The translations under genes and the position numbers were made by a program. 64,000 nucleotides of DNA, taken from contig JANNBC010000048.1 in assembly GCA_031385045.1 (NCBI GenBank), forward strand, positions 54,321 to 118,320, given 5' to 3'. The stretch is from a bacterium (lineage in GTDB: Bacteria > Bdellovibrionota_C > UBA2361 > CALJRW01). Shown here in pieces: positions 29,135-39,041 of the stretch. Under the pieces are notes generated by a model. It did no database searches. It was given only the letters and a program-made list of their open reading frames with translations, and was not told the origin of the DNA. The first letter of the stretch is position 1, and each line of letters begins with the position of its first letter.

Positions 29135-30853
29135 ATGAAAAGGCATAATTCTGCGACAATTCTCCTTCTTACTTTCATTATATTAGCTTTATTAGCGTGT
29201 GGGAAGAAAAAAACTGAAAATGAAACTAACTCTTCTAATCTAAAGGAAAAGGTAACGGATCTATTTGACACCTCCTCAGAAGAACAAGCACTTTTAGAAA
29301 AACTACCTGCCAACACCCTATTTTATGGCTTTGTTGATTTAGAAAACCCTAAATATCAATCATTTCTAAAAAGCCCTTTTGCCAAATATGGAAATGTTTT
29401 TGAAAGTATTAGCAAAGGTGTCAGCAGTCCTGGCCTAAAAGGCAAAGACAAATTAGTGACAGAGATTCTAGCCAAGTTCTCTGATCAAGAAGGCAAGAAT
29501 GTTCTTAGCCTCTATCGCCAGTCAGCAGACCGAGTTAGCAGTTACCTATTCTTTATTGCTGGAGATACCGCACAAGATTTAAGCTTTAATACCTTTGCTT
29601 ACTCCAAAGATAAAAAATATTTTATCAACAACTTTGAACAGCTGACTCAAGAATTTAGCACCGCTGGATTATCTCTAGACCCAGCAGCGGAAGAACTTAA
29701 AATTGGATCTCAAGGGAAAAGTTTTAATATTCCGGATACAACTTCTCAATTGCATGTGATTGCTGATGAAAATTTCCTAGCACTTAGTTCTTCAAAGACT
29801 GCCGCTAGTAGATTATTTACCAAACAAGAAGCTAGTGATCGATTTGACTACAAAAATAATCTACCAAAAGAGTTACAAGATAATATCAGCGGTCAGCCAA
29901 TTCTTTTTGCGGTAGCAAACTTTGAGCGTATTTTACAACTAGTTCCAGGCCTTGGATTAATCAATCCAAAGTACAAACAATTGTTAAATTTAATCCCCAG
30001 ACAAGCGCTATTTACTAGTGACTTTAACGAAACTCCTGAAAGTAAATTAAGTTTTCATCTTCCAGCAGCCTCACTGCCAGTTAACTTACAAGGCGCCCTT
30101 TCCGGTAGCTCAGCTAAGGCTTGGGAAACTTTTTCAGCCAGCACTTTCTTAGGATTTAATCTAAATCTTGGATTTATTAAAAAGGTTTTAAGGTTTCTAA
30201 CTACAGATGTGCTTGATCCAACAAATGTAATGCAAACTAAAACTCTGACTGAAGCTGGTAATTACTTACCAGAAAATGGCGAGCTTGGAGTTGCCTTAAC
30301 AAATTTTAACATTACTGGATTTCCGGATTTGCAACTAACAGTACCGTTAACTAATGCCCTAGAAAAAATTGCCCTAGTTAAAAGCTTAATCGCTAGTCAA
30401 AAAAGTGCTGGAATGGGTAATATGGAATGGCAAGAGAAGTTAATTGCAGAACAACCAGCAGAGTACATTGTGACACCATTTGGAATTGGCTTATACATTA
30501 ATACTAATGGTGATCAGGTAAAAATTGGAACCTCAGAAACTGCCTTAAAAGAATTGATTGCACCAAGTGCAACTCTACTGAGCTCACTAGATCCAAAGCT
30601 ACAGTTTGCTCCAAACAATACAATCTTCAGCTTTTACCTAGACTACGCCAAGCTCTATCGCGTAGCACAAAGTTTTAGGAGTATGATGTCCATGTTTATC
30701 CCACCAGATCAGGGTACTCAAATTCAGACCTTCTATCAAAAGTTAGAAGAGCTTAAAAATCTTGTTGTCTTTGGTGATAGCTCTTACAAAAATGACATCC
30801 TAGAGTTTGGAGTAAAACTTCAGACTATTACTCCTCCAGCTCCTCAGAGCTAG
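29135..30853 (+). CDS. lipoprotein, hypothetical (572 aa)
   Basis: Signal peptide with lipobox LLACG. Confidence 0.5.
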   Translation: MKRHNSATILLLTFIILALLACGKKKTENETNSSNLKEKVTDLFDTSSEEQALLEKLPANTLFYGFVDLENPKYQSFLKSPFAKYGNVFESISKGVSSPGLKGKDKLVTEILAKFSDQEGKNVLSLYRQSADRVSSYLFFIAGDTAQDLSFNTFAYSKDKKYFINNFEQLTQEFSTAGLSLDPAAEELKIGSQGKSFNIPDTTSQLHVIADENFLALSSSKTAASRLFTKQEASDRFDYKNNLPKELQDNISGQPILFAVANFERILQLVPGLGLINPKYKQLLNLIPRQALFTSDFNETPESKLSFHLPAASLPVNLQGALSGSSAKAWETFSASTFLGFNLNLGFIKKVLRFLTTDVLDPTNVMQTKTLTEAGNYLPENGELGVALTNFNITGFPDLQLTVPLTNALEKIALVKSLIASQKSAGMGNMEWQEKLIAEQPAEYIVTPFGIGLYINTNGDQVKIGTSETALKELIAPSATLLSSLDPKLQFAPNNTIFSFYLDYAKLYRVAQSFRSMMSMFIPPDQGTQIQTFYQKLEELKNLVVFGDSSYKNDILEFGVKLQTITPPAPQS

Positions 30854-31778
30854 TTGTTAGGCTGGATTGGTTTTTCTTAAGTCCAAGAAAAACCAATCCA
30901 CCAATTAGAGCTAAAACATAAGATTTAGCCCTAAGTACCAAACCCACCCCTAAGGCTTCTTCTGGTGTCGCCCCTAGTAATGTTAAAAAATAAAAGAAGG
31001 CGCCTTCCTGTATTCCTAAACCATTGGGCGTTAAAGGAATAGCCGAAATTAATAAAACAATCGGTAAGACAACAAACATTTGTAATACTGGAGCATCCCA
31101 CCAACCTACAGCCCAAGCTGCAGCCAAGGTATTCATCACTGTCAAACTATGAAAAAGAAAAGAAATCCCCAGTGTTACAACTAGTAACTTTGGTTGTTTA
31201 AACATTAAACGGACAGCCTCTTGAAAACTAGCAAGCTTTGGAGTGAACTTTTGAAAAAACTTCCAATAAGGAAAAATGATTTGAAAATTAAATTTTAGGG
31301 TAAAAATAATGATAGCACTGAGGACTAGTGAAATAAGTAATAAAATATAAGAAACCTTTGGTGCTAATCCTGTTAACCAAGGCAAAGCTAAAAGTGCCAA
31401 CAAGAGCATGGCAATAAAACCACTTAAACGCTCCATAAAGGTTGCTGCTAAACTTTTAGAGCGAGATTGCTTATCTGTAATTAAAAGACTTCGGGCCAAG
31501 TCTCCGCCGACAAAGGATGGTAACAATAAATTTACAAAGTAACTTAGTAAATAATATCGATAAAGCTTAGCAAGACTAACTGTAATTCCTGTCGAAGCTA
31601 AAAATATTCCCCACTTTAAAGAACTGACGTATATCATAACAAAAGAAATCAGCAGTAAAAACCCAGCTAACCCCCAAGTTATATTTTGAAAAGCACTTAC
31701 TAATTCCGAGAAATCAATAACTAAAAACAAACTTCCAAAAATGATTAATGCAAAAAGTAATTTTAAATATTTAATCAC
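30828..31778 (-). CDS. integral membrane protein, lysylphosphatidylglycerol-synthase TM-region / flippase-like (UPF0104)
   Basis: About 8 TM helices; PSFVGGDLARSLL block. Confidence 0.5.
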   Translation of the reverse strand: MIKYLKLLFALIIFGSLFLVIDFSELVSAFQNITWGLAGFLLLISFVMIYVSSLKWGIFLASTGITVSLAKLYRYYLLSYFVNLLLPSFVGGDLARSLLITDKQSRSKSLAATFMERLSGFIAMLLLALLALPWLTGLAPKVSYILLLISLVLSAIIIFTLKFNFQIIFPYWKFFQKFTPKLASFQEAVRLMFKQPKLLVVTLGISFLFHSLTVMNTLAAAWAVGWWDAPVLQMFVVLPIVLLISAIPLTPNGLGIQEGAFFYFLTLLGATPEEALGVGLVLRAKSYVLALIGGLVFLGLKKNQSSLTTSSEELEE

Positions 31779-31782
31779 AGTA

Positions 31783-32859
31783 TTACTCTAAAACTTTTGG
31801 AACACCTTTACTAATTGTTTTCATGATAAACCCAATACCTTGAATATCTCCTTCGGCATCAAATGAATATTCACCAAAATTACCAGTAAACTTTCGTCCC
31901 GATTTCAGCAAATCAGGGATTGTAAGCTTTTCAGAATTGGCAATTTGAATCAATCGCAAAGCTTCATAAGCAGTGATAATTACTGAATCCAATCCCCGAA
32001 CTTGGAATCCAGCTTGATAGAAACGGTTCATCGCCTGCTTACCATCTGTCGTTAAGATTCGATCAAGTGGAGTAAAATCAACATAACTTAAACCCTCTGC
32101 CAATTCCTTGGCCTCTTCTAAAAAAGTTTTTGACCCGGGATGATAGGCTGCCAAGATTGGAATATTCCAATGCAAGCTTCGTGTAATTTTTAGTTGTTGC
32201 AAAAAATCGCCTTGGTCAATTGGATTTAGAAATAGGGCTTCTGGAATAGCATGCTTAAGTTTAACCAAGAGAGTTCTAAAATCATTATCTCCTGGATTAT
32301 AGTCAAGGTTTACAGAGTTAATTTTAGATTTTTCTAAATTAGCAAGAAAAGACTCTTTTAAATCCTGGGCATAATCACTTTGATTACTAAGTATTGCCAC
32401 TGAGTGAAACTTTTGTTGCCAAACATATTCCGCAAGTTTTTTGGCAACCAACTGGTCACTTGGCGTTGTTCTAAAAATGTCTCCTGGCTGCTTTGTCACT
32501 TCAGGAGAGGAAGCACAGGTAACAAGCATTGGTATTTTCGATCGGGCATAAATTGGCGCAGTTGCAATAGCTACATTACTACAAGTAAACCCAAGTACTA
32601 AATCTACTTTATCAATCTCAATAAATTTCTTAGCAATGCTCACCGCCTTAGAGTTATCACATTGATCATTTTCAATAATTAATTCAATCTGATTAAGCTT
32701 TAAATCTTCTTTAGCAAACTGAAAGGCATCACGCATATCATTACCCCACTGTTTCCCGGGACCAGTTAAATCAACGGAAACACCGATTTTCAGGTATTGC
32801 TGATCTGCAAAACTAACTGTTGCAAACAAGAAACTTAATAAAAAATATCTCCAAATCAT
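31783..32859 (-). CDS. LivJ-like periplasmic ligand-binding protein (ABC substrate-binding/receptor family), orphan
   Basis: Signal peptide, then …KIGVSVDLTGPGKQWG…, typical of branched-chain amino-acid binding proteins. No permease or ATPase adjacent. Confidence 0.6.
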   Translation of the reverse strand: MIWRYFLLSFLFATVSFADQQYLKIGVSVDLTGPGKQWGNDMRDAFQFAKEDLKLNQIELIIENDQCDNSKAVSIAKKFIEIDKVDLVLGFTCSNVAIATAPIYARSKIPMLVTCASSPEVTKQPGDIFRTTPSDQLVAKKLAEYVWQQKFHSVAILSNQSDYAQDLKESFLANLEKSKINSVNLDYNPGDNDFRTLLVKLKHAIPEALFLNPIDQGDFLQQLKITRSLHWNIPILAAYHPGSKTFLEEAKELAEGLSYVDFTPLDRILTTDGKQAMNRFYQAGFQVRGLDSVIITAYEALRLIQIANSEKLTIPDLLKSGRKFTGNFGEYSFDAEGDIQGIGFIMKTISKGVPKVLE

Positions 32860-33728
32860 TTTCTTAATTCAATTAAAATTCTTCGCGGTGCAGGCCAGCC
32901 TTCAATAGTTAAATCAGAATTAACTGGATCTAAAAATTCAGCTAGACTTTCATAAGGAGCAAGTGGACTCACTCGCTGCTCATCTAAACTAGTTTGAGAC
33001 ACAGAAAGCAGTCGGTGCTTAGTAAAGCCAGCTTGTTGTGTCCAACGTACCAGACCCGGAATGCTTGTTAAATGATAAATATTTTTCATTTTTGAATAGC
33101 GATCTGGGATTAGGATTGGCTCAATCTGATCTCCAGGTAAAACCATTGTCTCTAATAAGACACACCCATCAGGTTTTAATGCTCGATAAAGATTATTAAT
33201 AGACTGAACTGGCTCGCGCCGATGATAGAGTACTCCCATCATTAAAATCAGATCAAAAGCCTCTGGGAAATGTGGCAAATCCTCGACTCCTTCAGTAATG
33301 TAACGCAACCGATTATCGCGAATAAAATGTGATAATAACTGATGTTGATAATGACAGTTCTTAAATGGATCAAATCCACACACAAGCTGTGGGTTTAGGG
33401 TTAAAAGCTTAAACATGAAGTACCCGTTACTACAGCCAACATCAGCAACAGTTTTATCAGAAAGATCTGGTAAGATTGCTTTTAACCTCTCCCATTTTAT
33501 ATTACTTAACCATTCACTATTTAGTTCATAATCAAATAATCGGTAGGGTCCCTGCCTCCAAGAGATCATACTATTTACAGCTTGCTCCAGCGCATTATGC
33601 TGTTCCGAGCTAATTGGATTTTGAGAATAAATCTGAATGGCATCAGCTTGTAAATCAACTGACCAATTTCCATCAGCAAAAAGATCTTTGACTAAACGGA
33701 TGGAAGCATTAATTAGATCGTGCTGCAT
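32856..33728 (-). CDS. cmoB: tRNA U34 carboxymethyltransferase CmoB
   Basis: WRQGPYRLFDYELNSEWLSNIKWERL…VADVGCSNGYFMFKL aligns block-for-block with E. coli CmoB ([26 protein letters not shown]…LDVGCGSGYHMWRM). Confidence 0.75.
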   Translation of the reverse strand: MQHDLINASIRLVKDLFADGNWSVDLQADAIQIYSQNPISSEQHNALEQAVNSMISWRQGPYRLFDYELNSEWLSNIKWERLKAILPDLSDKTVADVGCSNGYFMFKLLTLNPQLVCGFDPFKNCHYQHQLLSHFIRDNRLRYITEGVEDLPHFPEAFDLILMMGVLYHRREPVQSINNLYRALKPDGCVLLETMVLPGDQIEPILIPDRYSKMKNIYHLTSIPGLVRWTQQAGFTKHRLLSVSQTSLDEQRVSPLAPYESLAEFLDPVNSDLTIEGWPAPRRILIELRK

Positions 33729-34896
33729 CTTCGTAAACTTTTAATGTTAAATCCCAGGTTCGATTCCAAGTAAATTTTTGCGCTTGCAAAGGCCCTGCCA
33801 CTCGATCGATCTTGCGCTGCTCCGGATTTCGAATAACCTCAAACATTTCCTTGGCATTTTGCTCTGAAGCTCTTGGATCAAGATAATGAGCAACATCACC
33901 TAGAACTTCAGGCATAGCAGAAAGTTTAGTACTAAAAACAGTTGCCCCAGCCGCCATTGCTTCTAGCGGTGTTAAACCAAAACCTTCATAGAGACTAAAA
34001 AAGCACATTGCTTCACAATTTTGGTAGAGAGTGATTAGTTCCGCATCTGCCACAAAACCAAGCTCCAGAACATCATCAACCAAAGCAAGCTGATCAATCA
34101 AAGCTTTTAATTTAGGATATTCGCGATCCTGATTGATTCGTCCCACTAAAAAAAGTTTGGGGAAATTATTTAAAAGATGCTTCTCTTGATACAATTTTTT
34201 TAACTCCGCATAGGTCACTAACAATCCGCTAAAATTCTTTCTTGGATCTATCCCACCAACATATAATAAAAATTTAAGATCGGCTGCTAAATTATATTTA
34301 GCAAGGATCTCGCCTAGATTTAAATTCGAGTTTTCAAAATAAACAGCATCAACACCAAGTGGCGTAACTGAAATTTTCTCAGCAGGAATTTGCAATTGGT
34401 GAATTAAATCATTCTTGGAACATTCGCTAATAGTAATAATCTGACTGGAGTTTTTTATTGCTTGAAGTTCAAAAAAACGTGCTAAATGATACCGCCAATT
34501 AGGATTATCGGCTTGATATAAATCTTTACAGACAATTGGAATCAGATCCATCACTGTCAAAATGTACGGCTTTGCACACCACGTAGGCGCATCTGTTTGT
34601 GCTAGAAAGTGTAAATGGGAAAATTTTTTTAACTGAGCTCCAGACAATTTAAATGGATACAATAATTGCTGTTTTAAAGTTTGCCGCCCAGCAGGTGCCA
34701 AATCAATCAATTTTGCTAAACAAGAATTAGCTAATACCTCGCGATGATTAAAATATCCGTAGCTTATGGTGCTTGTATTTTTTTCTAAAAACTTTTTAAA
34801 TTCTCGAGCATACTTACCAATCCCTCTAGTACTATGCTCCTTAAAGGTTGGATCAAGCGCACTAAAATCAATTCCAACTTTGAAATCTTTGATCAT
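33709..34896 (-). CDS. family-1 (GT1/GT4-type) glycosyltransferase
   Basis: C-terminal GT1 motif (…EGFGLTPLEAMAAGATV…). Confidence 0.7.
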   Translation of the reverse strand: MIKDFKVGIDFSALDPTFKEHSTRGIGKYAREFKKFLEKNTSTISYGYFNHREVLANSCLAKLIDLAPAGRQTLKQQLLYPFKLSGAQLKKFSHLHFLAQTDAPTWCAKPYILTVMDLIPIVCKDLYQADNPNWRYHLARFFELQAIKNSSQIITISECSKNDLIHQLQIPAEKISVTPLGVDAVYFENSNLNLGEILAKYNLAADLKFLLYVGGIDPRKNFSGLLVTYAELKKLYQEKHLLNNFPKLFLVGRINQDREYPKLKALIDQLALVDDVLELGFVADAELITLYQNCEAMCFFSLYEGFGLTPLEAMAAGATVFSTKLSAMPEVLGDVAHYLDPRASEQNAKEMFEVIRNPEQRKIDRVAGPLQAQKFTWNRTWDLTLKVYEDAARSN

Positions 34897-35957
34897 ACCA
34901 GCAGTAGTTTACTAAGATTAGTTTGAAATTTATCAAAAGATAAACTTTGTACTCTTTCTTTGCCAGCTTGAATTAATTTTTGACGAAGCTCTTGATTGGT
35001 ATGAACTTCTTCAATTAATGCCGCAATCTTTAAATGATCTTTCTCATTAACTAATAAGCCACCTGCTCCAATCGTATCTGGGAGTGCCGAAGAGGCATAG
35101 GCAATAACTGGTAAGCCAAAATGCATTGCCTCAACAACCGGCAAACAAAATCCTTCATGCTCACTCATGCAAAGATAGACTGATGAATTTTCATATAATG
35201 CTTTTAGTTCGGAATCTGCAAAGCAACCAACAAAGTTAACTTCTTTTTCTAGTCCAAGAAAGTACACCAAGCGTTTTAAACTAAAGGAATAAATCTCTGT
35301 ATCAATATCAATTCCTGGCAACCAAAGCTTGAGTGGAATTTTTAACTTCTCTTTAATCAGATAAGCAACTTTAATAATATCTTCAATACATTTATTAGGA
35401 GCAAAGCGACCAACATGTACTAAATGAAGACAGGGATCATTTTGTAACAAGCTAGCAATTCCAGGATTTGTTTCCATCTCCCAACGCACAGGGTCTATTG
35501 GTAAATCAAGTACTTCCGCTTTAAAACCAAGCTCTGCTAGTTCACCAGCATTAAATTTAGAATCCGCAAGAATTCTATTACTAAGACCAAGTAACTCCGG
35601 CAACTCTTTCGCACCTTGCTCAATGTCATTCGCCACTCGGGGATTAATGCCCGCGTAATACTTAGAGGGAGTAAGATTATGATAAATTAAAACTCGCTCG
35701 GCAGCAGTAAGTGATCGATATAAATCATTTAAAGGTGATCCTAAGGAGTAATGTAGGATAATTTGCCCCTTAAAGTCTGTGGCAAGTTGCTGGTAAGGAA
35801 TGGTTAAGCCTTTTAGTTTTGGATGCTCATTAATCGCATAAATCTTAGAATCGCATCCGGCCTGGAGCAGTGCTCGTTGCATAGCCAAAACCTCCCCCGA
35901 AATAGCATCGCCGTAACTTAAGGTATGAACTAATTGGTGAATTGATTTTTGACTCAT
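34893..35957 (-). CDS. family-1 (GT1/GT4-type) glycosyltransferase
   Basis: …SEHEGFCLPVVEAMHFGLPVIA… GT1 signature; overlaps neighbours by 4 nt. Confidence 0.7.
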   Translation of the reverse strand: MSQKSIHQLVHTLSYGDAISGEVLAMQRALLQAGCDSKIYAINEHPKLKGLTIPYQQLATDFKGQIILHYSLGSPLNDLYRSLTAAERVLIYHNLTPSKYYAGINPRVANDIEQGAKELPELLGLSNRILADSKFNAGELAELGFKAEVLDLPIDPVRWEMETNPGIASLLQNDPCLHLVHVGRFAPNKCIEDIIKVAYLIKEKLKIPLKLWLPGIDIDTEIYSFSLKRLVYFLGLEKEVNFVGCFADSELKALYENSSVYLCMSEHEGFCLPVVEAMHFGLPVIAYASSALPDTIGAGGLLVNEKDHLKIAALIEEVHTNQELRQKLIQAGKERVQSLSFDKFQTNLSKLLLV

Positions 35958-35979
35958 CGTTTAATTTGAAACTCTCTAA

Positions 35980-36756
35980 CTATAGACATTCCGCAAATGT
36001 TTCTCTGTTTTTTAGGTAGGTATTTTTGCCTAAAATATAGATCAAAACCCCGAATAAAAACACAACTGAAATATTCCAAAGAGGTGGCCACTTACCATCA
36101 ATTAAAATAGCGTGATAAGACTCAATTAATAAAGCAATTGGATTAAAATCAATTGTAAAACGATACTGTTCCGGAACTGTAGTAACTGGATAAATAATCG
36201 GACAAAGAAAGAATAATAGATTAAAGACATTTCCTAATAAATGCTGAATATCTCGATAGAAAACATTTAAGGAAGCAAAAAAAAGTGCTAAGCCATACAT
36301 TAATCCTAATTGTAAAAGAATGATTAACGGTAGCGCAAATATCTTTTCAGTTAGTGGAATTTTATAAATAAAGATGAAGATAAACAACAAAATTAGTGAT
36401 AACAGGTAATGCACCAAGTTAGTTAAAATTGCGACTGCTGGTAAAATCTGCGGAGGAAACATTGATTTTGTAATTAGGCTGCCACCAGAACTAATTGAAC
36501 TAGTAGCTTCAATCAAACCTGAGTTAAACCAAGTCCATGGCAGTAATCCACAAAAAAGATAAACACTATAATTATCATTTGAATCTAGTCGGGCATAATA
36601 CTTAAAAACTAAGGTATAAATTAGCATGAATAAAAGCGGATTGAGAAATGACCATAGAAATCCAAGTGTTGACCCACGATAGCGACTCGCTAATTGACGC
36701 CCCACCAGCGCTAGAATTAAACCACGATATTTAATTAGTTCTGCAAAAATACTCAT
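35980..36756 (-). CDS. wzm: ABC-2 type polysaccharide export permease (Wzm/KpsM-like)
   Basis: Six TM helices, ABC-2 family architecture; directly downstream of the Wzt-like ATPase. Confidence 0.7.
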   Translation of the reverse strand: MSIFAELIKYRGLILALVGRQLASRYRGSTLGFLWSFLNPLLFMLIYTLVFKYYARLDSNDNYSVYLFCGLLPWTWFNSGLIEATSSISSGGSLITKSMFPPQILPAVAILTNLVHYLLSLILLFIFIFIYKIPLTEKIFALPLIILLQLGLMYGLALFFASLNVFYRDIQHLLGNVFNLLFFLCPIIYPVTTVPEQYRFTIDFNPIALLIESYHAILIDGKWPPLWNISVVFLFGVLIYILGKNTYLKNRETFAECL

Positions 36757-38057
36757 GAATTAAACTGCCAAGAATGTTGTAAATGAAGCACGCCGATCTG
36801 ATCATGCTGAGATTGAACTGAAAACTTAATTGCGTTTTTATGATAATCATAGGCATACCCATCTTCCCGGTGGACAGCCAAATCAAGATAATAAGTATTT
36901 GTTAGCAAATTAGTTGATGGAATCACAATACTAACAACACCTTCTATTGCTAAGTCTCGTGTTTCCACTCTTTCTAAGTGTGTATTTGTTCCAATTATAT
37001 TTAAACCATCAGCGCGATTAATTCCAAAACCAAAGACAACAGATTTTTGTGGAGCATGAATTTTGTAATAAATATTAACTACACTTGGCTCCCCTGTATG
37101 AAATAGAACCTTCTCTTCACCTTTAAAGTTAGTTAAAGTTGCACGAGTAATTTCAATCTCACGACTTCCCCAACGCTCATAAGCAAATTTCTCAAGCTCT
37201 TCATGAGCTTCAGGCTTAGCTGTCTTAGCATTAACGCTAATTTGTGTTGCCTCGCGTGACTTGCCTAAAATTTCTTCTTCTATACCTTTCTCAATAAACT
37301 CTCGGTAATGATCAATCACCCGACGTGGATGACCACGGTCTTTCACTTCGCCTTTATTTAACCAAATAACTTCGTCACTCCAACGTTCGATAGCACCTAA
37401 ATCATGGCTCACCATAAAAAGAGTTTTTTCTTGACTACGCAGCTCGGCAACTTTCTCTTGGCACTTCTGAACAAAGCCGGCATCCCCTACTGCTAAGACC
37501 TCATCAATCAATAAGATATCTGGATCCGTATTCACTGCAAGACTAAAACCTAAACGCATAAACATACCAGAGGAATATGTTCTAACAGGTTGATCAATGA
37601 AATCTTGAAGTTCGGCAAACTCAACAATCTGATCAAACTTTTCATTAATTTGTTTTTTAGTTAATCCATATAAGATTCCAGCTAGATATAGATTCTCCCG
37701 GCCAGTAAAATCAGGATGAAATCCAGCCCCTAATTCAATCAAGGCTCGAACCTCACCATTAATCTTAACATGTCCATGGTCAGGCGCATAAATACCAGTA
37801 ATTAATTTTAATAAAGTTGACTTACCAGAGCCGTTGCGACCAATAATTCCAACAGAGGCACCTCGTGGAATACGAATAGTTAAATCTTTAATCGCTGTTG
37901 TTTGAATAATATTCTGAGCAATCTTCTTTTGAAAAGGCTTAGTGACTAAAGACTTCAGAGTAGTATAGCTTCCGGTAAGATTTTTACTTCGATTAAAACT
38001 CTTCGATAGCTCAAAGATATCTACGGCGTAATCTAGTTTAGAATCGATAGTACTCAT
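36753..38057 (-). CDS. wzt: polysaccharide ABC exporter ATP-binding protein (Wzt/TagH-like) with a C-terminal carbohydrate-binding domain
   Basis: Walker A GRNGSGKST, signature YSSGMFMRLGFS, Walker B LLIDEVLAVGD, and a roughly 180-aa extra C-terminal domain. Confidence 0.75.
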   Translation of the reverse strand: MSTIDSKLDYAVDIFELSKSFNRSKNLTGSYTTLKSLVTKPFQKKIAQNIIQTTAIKDLTIRIPRGASVGIIGRNGSGKSTLLKLITGIYAPDHGHVKINGEVRALIELGAGFHPDFTGRENLYLAGILYGLTKKQINEKFDQIVEFAELQDFIDQPVRTYSSGMFMRLGFSLAVNTDPDILLIDEVLAVGDAGFVQKCQEKVAELRSQEKTLFMVSHDLGAIERWSDEVIWLNKGEVKDRGHPRRVIDHYREFIEKGIEEEILGKSREATQISVNAKTAKPEAHEELEKFAYERWGSREIEITRATLTNFKGEEKVLFHTGEPSVVNIYYKIHAPQKSVVFGFGINRADGLNIIGTNTHLERVETRDLAIEGVVSIVIPSTNLLTNTYYLDLAVHREDGYAYDYHKNAIKFSVQSQHDQIGVLHLQHSWQFNS

Positions 38058-38617
38058 TATTTGATTATATAAATATCAGATAGGTTGCGGTAATAATCTT
38101 CATGATTCATTCCATAACCAACAAACCACTCTGGGCCATCAAAATTAAAGCCAATAAAATCAGGTTTAAATAATGGCTCTTGTAAGTGACGATTGACTAA
38201 AACTGCAGAGTTTACTTGACGAGCCCCAGCGTTAATAAAATTTTTAGAGATGTGATGAAGCGTTCTTCCAGAATCACAGATATCATCAATTAAGAGAATA
38301 ATCTGATCTTTAACATCAAAGCCCATGGAATCAACCTTTACCTCTTCGCGTTGACTATTATCTTCAGCATTATATGACCAACAACGTACTGGAGAAATCG
38401 AAACGGAACAGTCAATTGCCCGCACTAAATCAGCAAAGAAGAAAATTGATCCTCTTAAAATTGGCACAACTACAACCTGTTGTTGCACTGGAAGTTGCAA
38501 TGACTCAATCCAATTAGAGATTTTAGATCCTAATTTATGATTAACTGCTTGTATTTCAGCAGCAGAGTATTGTAATTTAAAGTTATTCGGTATTTGCATA
38601 ACACTTAAGTTGTTCAA
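38057..38617 (-). CDS. hpt: hypoxanthine/guanine phosphoribosyltransferase
   Basis: PRPP-binding motif ILLIDDICDSGRTL; 186 aa. Confidence 0.7.
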   Translation of the reverse strand: MNNLSVMQIPNNFKLQYSAAEIQAVNHKLGSKISNWIESLQLPVQQQVVVVPILRGSIFFFADLVRAIDCSVSISPVRCWSYNAEDNSQREEVKVDSMGFDVKDQIILLIDDICDSGRTLHHISKNFINAGARQVNSAVLVNRHLQEPLFKPDFIGFNFDGPEWFVGYGMNHEDYYRNLSDIYIIK

Positions 38618-38641
38618 GAGGCCTGAGAAATTACTATATAA

Positions 38642-39034
38642 ATGAATATTTTCAAAATCTTACTAATTACTAGCTACCTAGCTCTTTGCGCTTGCCAGCA
38701 ACAGCCAGCTTATCAAGAACTTAAAGAGGAACTTAGCCAGAGTCTACAAGAAATTAATTCTAAAATATCCAAAGAATACCAAAAACACGAGGATGGAATC
38801 GGCAAGCTAGCTAATGCTGAACTAGACAAACTCCAGGCAATTGAGTACCACGTTTTTGAACTTGGCAGCGAGGAGTCAACTGAACAACACCAACAGAAAC
38901 TAAATGAAATCGGTAAAGAACGTTGGGATTGTTTCTTTATTGATAAATCAAATGAATTTTACCGCGTTTATTGTCGTCGGACACCGAAGTCTTACTTGAG
39001 ATATCTATCTAGAATTCCAAATTTTATTCCTTAA
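38642..39034 (+). CDS. small lipoprotein, hypothetical
   Basis: Signal peptide with lipobox LALCAC. Confidence 0.4.
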   Translation: MNIFKILLITSYLALCACQQQPAYQELKEELSQSLQEINSKISKEYQKHEDGIGKLANAELDKLQAIEYHVFELGSEESTEQHQQKLNEIGKERWDCFFIDKSNEFYRVYCRRTPKSYLRYLSRIPNFIP

Positions 39035-39041
39035 ATTTCCG

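Noticed and set aside
33755-33775. GGTTCGATTCC (tRNA T-loop-like string)
   Set aside because: The flanking bases cannot form a T-stem (ccagg / ccaag), there is no acceptor or anticodon arm, and it lies inside the glycosyltransferase coding sequence. Not a tRNA.
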